This document shows, piece after piece, positions 59,261 through 64,000 of a DNA stretch of 64,000 bases; position 1 is the stretch's first letter, and each line of letters begins with the position of its first letter. The notes beneath the pieces are model-generated. The model was not told the origin of the DNA. It saw nothing but the letters and a program-made list of their open reading frames with translations, and did not search any database. A program made the translations under genes and the position numbers. The stretch comes from an uncultured Lachnospiraceae bacterium. Its GTDB lineage: Bacteria > Bacillota > Clostridia > Lachnospirales > Lachnospiraceae. Location: positions 2,707-66,706 of the forward strand of contig CANQTG010000003.1 of assembly GCA_947626715.1 (NCBI GenBank), in the 5' to 3' direction.

Positions 59261-59385
59261 GGGCCTCTAGGGCTGCCAAAGGAACGGCCCGCCGTCTCCG
59301 CCGTTCTCTCTTTTGCCCCTCTTCCCATTGAGAGAGCCTTTAGGGCTGCCAAAGGAACGGCCCGCCGTCTTTGCCGCTCTCTCTC
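59261..59385. repeat. Direct repeat (73-bp period) duplicating the 3' end of nrdG
   Basis: The 30-bp identical core tagggctgccaaaggaacggcccgccgtct is at 59268-59297 and 59341-59370, with similar flanks. Confidence 0.85.
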
Positions 59386-59867
59386 ATCCGCTTTAGATCG
59401 ATGATACGCTGATTGCCCGAGCCCCGAAACGCAAGGGTCAGATCCTTCTGCGATTCCACAAACGGCCCGTCCACCAAAACGTCGCACAAGGCCAGAAAGC
59501 TGTCCGTGACCCCGCACGCCGCCCTGCCTCCCGGAAGGAAATCCTCATACCGATACCCGCTGTAGAGCCACACGTCCTTTTGGGGCAGCTCCCCGCGCAC
59601 CCGCATAAGCAGCGGAAGGAGCGCCTCTTGATTTTCCGGCTCGCCGGGATCGCCGCCCAAAAGCGTCAGTCCCGCGATATAGGGCGGGGACAGCAGCTCT
59701 AGGAGCCGCTCCTGCGTCTTTTCTGTAAACGGCTCTCCATAGGAAAAATCCCACGTTTCCTGACTAAAGCAGCCCTTGCAGCGATGGGTGCAGCCGGAAA
59801 CGAACAGAGAGACTCTCACGCCCGGGCCGTTTTCAATGGTAAACGGCTTGATCCTCCCATAATACAT
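59340..59867 (-). CDS. nrdG: Anaerobic ribonucleotide reductase activating protein
   Basis: NGPGVRVSLFVSGCTHRCKGC, LGGDP, DVLVDGPF, FRGSGNQRII. Confidence 0.95.
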   Translation of the reverse strand: MYYGRIKPFTIENGPGVRVSLFVSGCTHRCKGCFSQETWDFSYGEPFTEKTQERLLELLSPPYIAGLTLLGGDPGEPENQEALLPLLMRVRGELPQKDVWLYSGYRYEDFLPGGRAACGVTDSFLALCDVLVDGPFVESQKDLTLAFRGSGNQRIIDLKRMRESGKDGGPFLWQP

Positions 59868-59879
59868 GGCTTCCCCGTT

Positions 59880-62036
59880 CTACAGGTGCAGGACGCGTTC
59901 CCGGATCTCCTGCGTCCTGCCCTGATTCCAGAACTGCGTCCCGATATAGCCGCAGGTACGGCGCGCTACGTTCAGCGTCTCCTGATCGCGGTTCCCGCAG
60001 TTGGGGCATTCCCATACCAGCTTGCCGCCGTCGTCTATGATCTGGATCTCGCCGTCATATCCGCACGCCTGACAGAAATCGCTCTTGGTATTGAGCTCCG
60101 CATACATGATATTGTCGTAGATAAAGCGGATCAGCGTAAGCACCGCCGGGATATTGTCCTGCATATCCGGCACCTCCACGTAGCTCACCGCGCCGCCCTT
60201 TGAGAGCGCCTGAAATTCCGCCTCGAATTTCAGCTTGGAAAAGGCGTCGATCTGCTCCGTCACCTTCACGTGATAGCTGTTTGTGATATAGCCCTTGTCC
60301 GTAACGCCCTCGATTATGCCAAAGCGCCGCTGTAAGCATTTAGCGAACTTATAGGTCGTACTCTCGATCGGCGTGCCGTAAATGCTAAAGCAGATGTCCG
60401 TCTCCTGCGTCCACTTATCGCAGGCCCGGTTCATATATTTCATAACCTCTAACGCGAAGGGCTTCGCGGACGGGTCCGTATGCGATTTCCCCGTCATGTA
60501 CCGCACGCACTCGCACAGTCCGGCATAGCCTAACGAGATCGTAGAATATCCGCCGTAGAGCAGCTTGTCGATCTTCTCCCCCTTTTTCAGCCGCGCCAGC
60601 GCGCCGTACTGCCAGAGGATGGGCGCAGCGTCCGACAAAGTCCCCTTTAAGCGCTCGTGGCGGCACATCAGCGCCCGATAGCACAGATCCAGACGTTCGT
60701 CAAAGATCTGCCAGAATTTATCCATATCCCTTCCGGAGGAGAGCGCCACATCGACCAGATTGATGGTCACGACCCCCTGATTGAACCTGCCGTAAAACTG
60801 ATATTCGCCCTTTTCATTTTTCCACGGCGAGAGCGCGCTCCGACAGCCCATGACCGGGAAGCAGTTCCCTTCTTTTAGCTGCTTCATGATCTTCTCGGAG
60901 ATATAGTCCGGCACCAAACGCTTTGCGCTGCACCTTGCGGCTAGCTGCGTCAGATAAAAATATTCCCCGTCCTCGCGGATATTGTCCTCCTCCAGCACAT
61001 AGATCAGCTTAGGAAAGGCCGGCGTGATAAAGGTGCCCTTTTCATTCTTTACGCCCTGAATGCGCTGATTCAGCATTTCCTCGATGATAAGGGCCAGATC
61101 GCGCTTCTCCCGTTCGTTCTTCGCCTCGTTTAAATACATGAACACCGTCAAAAACGGCGCCTGCCCGTTCGTCGTCATCAGCGTGATGACCTGATACTGG
61201 ATCGTCTGCACGCCCTTTTCGATCTCGCTGTGCAGACGCTTTTCCACGATCTTATGCAGCACCTCTTCGGAAGCCTCTGCGCCGAGCATTTCCATATCCT
61301 CTAGGACTTCCCTGCGTATCTTCTCCCTCGATACCTGAACAAAGGGCGCTAAATGCGTCAGGGATATGCTCTGTCCCCCGTACTGGCTGCTGGCTACCTG
61401 CGCGATGATCTGCGTCGCGATATTGCACGCCGTCGAAAAGCTGTGCGGCTTATCAATAAAGGTCTCGCTGATCACCGTCCCGTTTTCCAGCATATCCTCC
61501 AGATTGACCAGATCGCAGTTATGCATGTGCTGCGCGAAATAATCCGAATCATGAAAATGGATCAGGCCCTCTCTGTCCGCCTTTACGATATCTTCCGGCA
61601 GCAAAAGCCTCCTCGTCAGATCCTTGCTGACCTCTCCGGCCATGTAATCGCGCTGCACGCTGTTGATGATCGGATCCTTATTGGAATTTTCCTGCAGCAC
61701 CTCTTCGTTATTGCACTCGATCAGCGAGAGGATACGGTCGTCCGTCGTATTGCTCTTACGCACCAGAGAACGGGTATAGCGGTAACGCACATAACACCGC
61801 GCCACATTGAACGCTCCCTGCGACATGATCTGATTCTCCACCATATCCTGCATTTCCTCTACGGAAACGGCCCTGTTCATGCGGTTGCATTTGAAATTGA
61901 TATACTCCGCGATCTCCTGAATCTGCTCCTCGCTCAGCTCCTGCCGCACAGCCGCCTTATTCGCTTTCCTGACCGCCGCCTGTATCTTTCGGATATCAAA
62001 ATCCACCTCGGCGCCGTTACGTTTGATTACCTTCAT
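59880..62036 (-). CDS. nrdD: Class III anaerobic ribonucleoside-triphosphate reductase
   Basis: ATP cone (KVIKRNG), HFHDSDY, MGCRS, FNQGVVTINL, C-terminal CQAC/CPNC and RRTCGYIG glycyl-radical motif. Confidence 0.97.
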   Translation of the reverse strand: MKVIKRNGAEVDFDIRKIQAAVRKANKAAVRQELSEEQIQEIAEYINFKCNRMNRAVSVEEMQDMVENQIMSQGAFNVARCYVRYRYTRSLVRKSNTTDDRILSLIECNNEEVLQENSNKDPIINSVQRDYMAGEVSKDLTRRLLLPEDIVKADREGLIHFHDSDYFAQHMHNCDLVNLEDMLENGTVISETFIDKPHSFSTACNIATQIIAQVASSQYGGQSISLTHLAPFVQVSREKIRREVLEDMEMLGAEASEEVLHKIVEKRLHSEIEKGVQTIQYQVITLMTTNGQAPFLTVFMYLNEAKNEREKRDLALIIEEMLNQRIQGVKNEKGTFITPAFPKLIYVLEEDNIREDGEYFYLTQLAARCSAKRLVPDYISEKIMKQLKEGNCFPVMGCRSALSPWKNEKGEYQFYGRFNQGVVTINLVDVALSSGRDMDKFWQIFDERLDLCYRALMCRHERLKGTLSDAAPILWQYGALARLKKGEKIDKLLYGGYSTISLGYAGLCECVRYMTGKSHTDPSAKPFALEVMKYMNRACDKWTQETDICFSIYGTPIESTTYKFAKCLQRRFGIIEGVTDKGYITNSYHVKVTEQIDAFSKLKFEAEFQALSKGGAVSYVEVPDMQDNIPAVLTLIRFIYDNIMYAELNTKSDFCQACGYDGEIQIIDDGGKLVWECPNCGNRDQETLNVARRTCGYIGTQFWNQGRTQEIRERVLHL

Positions 62037-62108
62037 TCCACCCATTCCTCCCCGATCGCTTTCGCCTTATCCGTTCCCCGACCTCTGCCTGCGGAACGGT
62101 TCCTATCT

Positions 62109-62137
62109 ATCATACAAGATATAGTGGGATTTTGCAA
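62109..62137 (-). promoter_or_regulatory. Sigma70 promoter of nrdDG
   Basis: Minus strand TTGCAA (62137-62132), 17 bp, TATGAT (62114-62109). Confidence 0.7.
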
Positions 62138-62159
62138 TAGGAATGTCAAGATATTGCGC
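62112..62159. promoter_or_regulatory. Tandem NrdR boxes
   Basis: ATACAAGATATAGTGG (62112-62127) and TGTCAAGATATTGCGC (62144-62159), 32 bp apart. Both match the acaC(a/t)AtATaT(a/t)Gtg consensus and overlap the nrdD promoter. Confidence 0.85.
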
Positions 62160-62197
62160 ATTTTCAAAAATCGCGTATCTAACTCTCCGCGGCGTTC

Positions 62198-62920
62198 TCA
62201 ATTCCTGATCTTTTCAAATAATTCCCGGTTAAAGGCGGGTTGGAACGCTTCGATCTGATCCGCGATCGCTTCGCAGCAGAGCTTGACCTCGGGATTGGCG
62301 CTGCCCTTTTCGTTCCTTTCCTTATAGACGTGCGCCCACTCGGTCAGATTGATCTTAAAGATAAAATTGCTCGGTATGCTGAGCATATACAGGCCGCGCT
62401 TTACGTCAGGATCCTCTTTCATCTCTTCCCGGATATAGCCGTTGACGGTTTTGACAAAGATCTCTCCCTCCCGCTCGATCGTTTCCGGCAACTCCATGCC
62501 CAGCAGGGCGAGCGCATTGTCCGTCGTCAAAATCTTCCCCTGATACCACTCCGACATCTCGTCTCCAAAGTCTGCCAGACGGGTGCTGCTGCGTATGATA
62601 CGGTTATTAAAGCGCGCGGCGTGGGAATCCCAGTCGTCCTGTCCCGCGCGGTGCAGCCCCTCCACCGTGACGCAGATATCAATATAGCGCAGCATTGTCA
62701 CATGCCGCCAGCCCCATTTTAACAGGCTTTCCAGCCACTTATGGTACTGCGAGAGCTCCTCCTGCCCCGCCTCCGGCACGATCCTGCCCTGCCTGTCCAG
62801 CACGCGCTCACAGACGCGGCGGATCTCAAGCTCCTTTTCCCTCGTCCATGAGCGTTTGCTCATAAACATCGATACGAATGCATCCGCAATGCCCGTGATC
62901 TCATTTACATAAACCTTCAT
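62198..62920 (-). CDS. Divergent ThyX/Thy1-fold protein (lacks the RHR signature)
   Basis: HxxxL...EGxxR-x8-H, later SxR, and N-x5-H-x4-R-x5-A-xx-E match ThyX spacing by manual alignment. The CDS is clear; the fold call is inference. Confidence 0.6.
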   Translation of the reverse strand: MKVYVNEITGIADAFVSMFMSKRSWTREKELEIRRVCERVLDRQGRIVPEAGQEELSQYHKWLESLLKWGWRHVTMLRYIDICVTVEGLHRAGQDDWDSHAARFNNRIIRSSTRLADFGDEMSEWYQGKILTTDNALALLGMELPETIEREGEIFVKTVNGYIREEMKEDPDVKRGLYMLSIPSNFIFKINLTEWAHVYKERNEKGSANPEVKLCCEAIADQIEAFQPAFNRELFEKIRN

Positions 62921-63031
62921 ATATTCTCCCTTCTAAGCGTTGCCTCTTCTCCCGCCCTGCGGCCATTTTCTTAATCTTAGGCTGCCCTGCCATCGGCGGC
63001 CATTTTCTCCGACGGTTATCTTCCCTGCCTC

Positions 63032-64000
63032 TTATCTTCCTTCTGCGAGCCAGTCCTCCATGAGCAGCCATTTTTCAGGCAGGCGCAGGATCCTGCCCGC
63101 CCGGACTTTATCCGCGTTTTCTATCCCGTTGTACGCCGCCAGCTCCCGGCAGGCCAGCCAGTCCCCCGTATAGCGCCGCGCCAGCTCTGAAAGCGTCTCG
63201 CCCCTCTGCACCCGCACTTCACAGGGAAGATAACGGAAGCAGTCCTCCATGACCGTCTGCGCAAAGGACAGCTCCGGCCGGTAATTATTCTCCCGGTTGG
63301 TAAAGAGCAGCAGATAACGGACCGAGCGTTTCCCTGTAAAATCCTCCTTCACCGGCAGGGAAACGATATTGTCGAGCCGCAGTTTTCCCGTTTCGTCGCC
63401 CTTTACATACGTGTACCAGACCGCGTTCATCTCTTCTTTATAATAGTTAAAAGAACGGCAGGACAGCCCTTTGCCAGCGCCCCGCCATGTATGGTGGTCA
63501 AAGGAATTGGAAAAATCGAGGGGATGCAGCCAGTCCAGACCGTCCACATAGCTCCAGATATGGGAAACATCCGTCTCAACATCAATATCTGCGATAGAGA
63601 ACGCGACCGCCAGCTTTAACCTGTTATCCGACGCCGCAGCCCTGTCGCGCGTAACCTCCTGTCCCCATGCATACGCGGTATCCAGACTCTCAAGCCGCTC
63701 GAGGAATCCGTTCATCTCCTCCTCTTCCCGGGCCGGAAGTCGCAGCACCCAGAGCTGATACCCGCCGGCCCCAGACCCGTACAGCCGCTCCAGCTCCAAA
63801 AGATCGGCGGCAGCGTCCGCCTCCATGCACAGCGCATAGTCCGATACCCTCCTGACCGCAAAGCCCTCCGGCGCGCGCAGGCAGAAATCCCCGCACAGAT
63901 AAGCGTCGTCCCTGCCTTTCGTCATCTCGGATTCTTCTAGGCCGAGCGGAGAAAGATTCAGCTTTTCCGCCGCTTCCTTTAGGTCGAACTGCCAGTTGTT
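63032..64000 (-). CDS. LysM-domain protein, 5' end beyond the window
   Basis: C-terminal LysM (VRVQRGETLSELARRY...LAAYNGIENADKVRAGRILRLP). The frame is open from 64000 (NNWQFDLKE...), so the ORF-track start at 63925 is internal. Confidence 0.82.
   Translation of the reverse strand, partial: NNWQFDLKEAAEKLNLSPLGLEESEMTKGRDDAYLCGDFCLRAPEGFAVRRVSDYALCMEADAAADLLELERLYGSGAGGYQLWVLRLPAREEEEMNGFLERLESLDTAYAWGQEVTRDRAAASDNRLKLAVAFSIADIDVETDVSHIWSYVDGLDWLHPLDFSNSFDHHTWRGAGKGLSCRSFNYYKEEMNAVWYTYVKGDETGKLRLDNIVSLPVKEDFTGKRSVRYLLLFTNRENNYRPELSFAQTVMEDCFRYLPCEVRVQRGETLSELARRYTGDWLACRELAAYNGIENADKVRAGRILRLPEKWLLMEDWLAEGR

Noticed and set aside
59268-59370. Mini-CRISPR reading of the 30-bp direct repeat
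   Set aside because: One copy is the coding end of nrdG; only two copies and no palindrome or leader.
61353-62258. 301-aa plus-strand ORF
   Set aside because: Antisense to nrdD and crosses its promoter and NrdR boxes.
1-64000. tRNA/rRNA genes, prophage, integrase or transposase
   Set aside because: No tRNA T-arm or cloverleaf, rRNA signature, or recombinase/transposase motif found by eye; a tRNAscan or Infernal run would be needed to be certain.

Overview
Chromosomal segment of a GC-rich, spore-forming, probably motile clostridial bacterium (Lachnospiraceae-like by gene content; this is inference). Most genes lie on the minus strand. Layout: (1) 1-8.8 kb, a LysR-associated redox/detox island with two aldo/keto reductases, a cyclophilin-like lipoprotein, DUF3737 plus a PatB/MalY C-S lyase, an alpha/beta hydrolase, two LysR regulators and three small paralogues resembling MerR without the HTH; (2) a Cache-domain MCP; (3) a visibly AT-richer BcgI-like two-subunit restriction-modification cassette; (4) a GH127 / sugar ABC / YesMN-type locus; (5) ArsR-cobO, cls and DUF1189; (6) a 12-kb lipid-linked-sugar surface-glycosylation cluster with two GT2s, an FAD oxidoreductase, an NAD epimerase-like protein, a TIM-barrel isomerase and three GT-C-like membrane proteins; (7) the AmmeMemoRadiSam trio; (8) housekeeping truA-ytvI-engB-lon-clpX-clpP-tig, a SASP gene, a tandem 130-bp REP-like element, a SAM methyltransferase and a P-type ATPase; (9) nrdG-nrdD with tandem NrdR boxes, a divergent ThyX-fold gene and a 5'-truncated LysM protein. 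I saw no rRNA, tRNA, CRISPR array, integrase or transposase. Best leads: the ThyX-like gene lacking RHR, the headless-MerR triad, and the glycosylation cluster with a possible A7 frameshift switch. All family calls come from motif reading and recall, not database searches.
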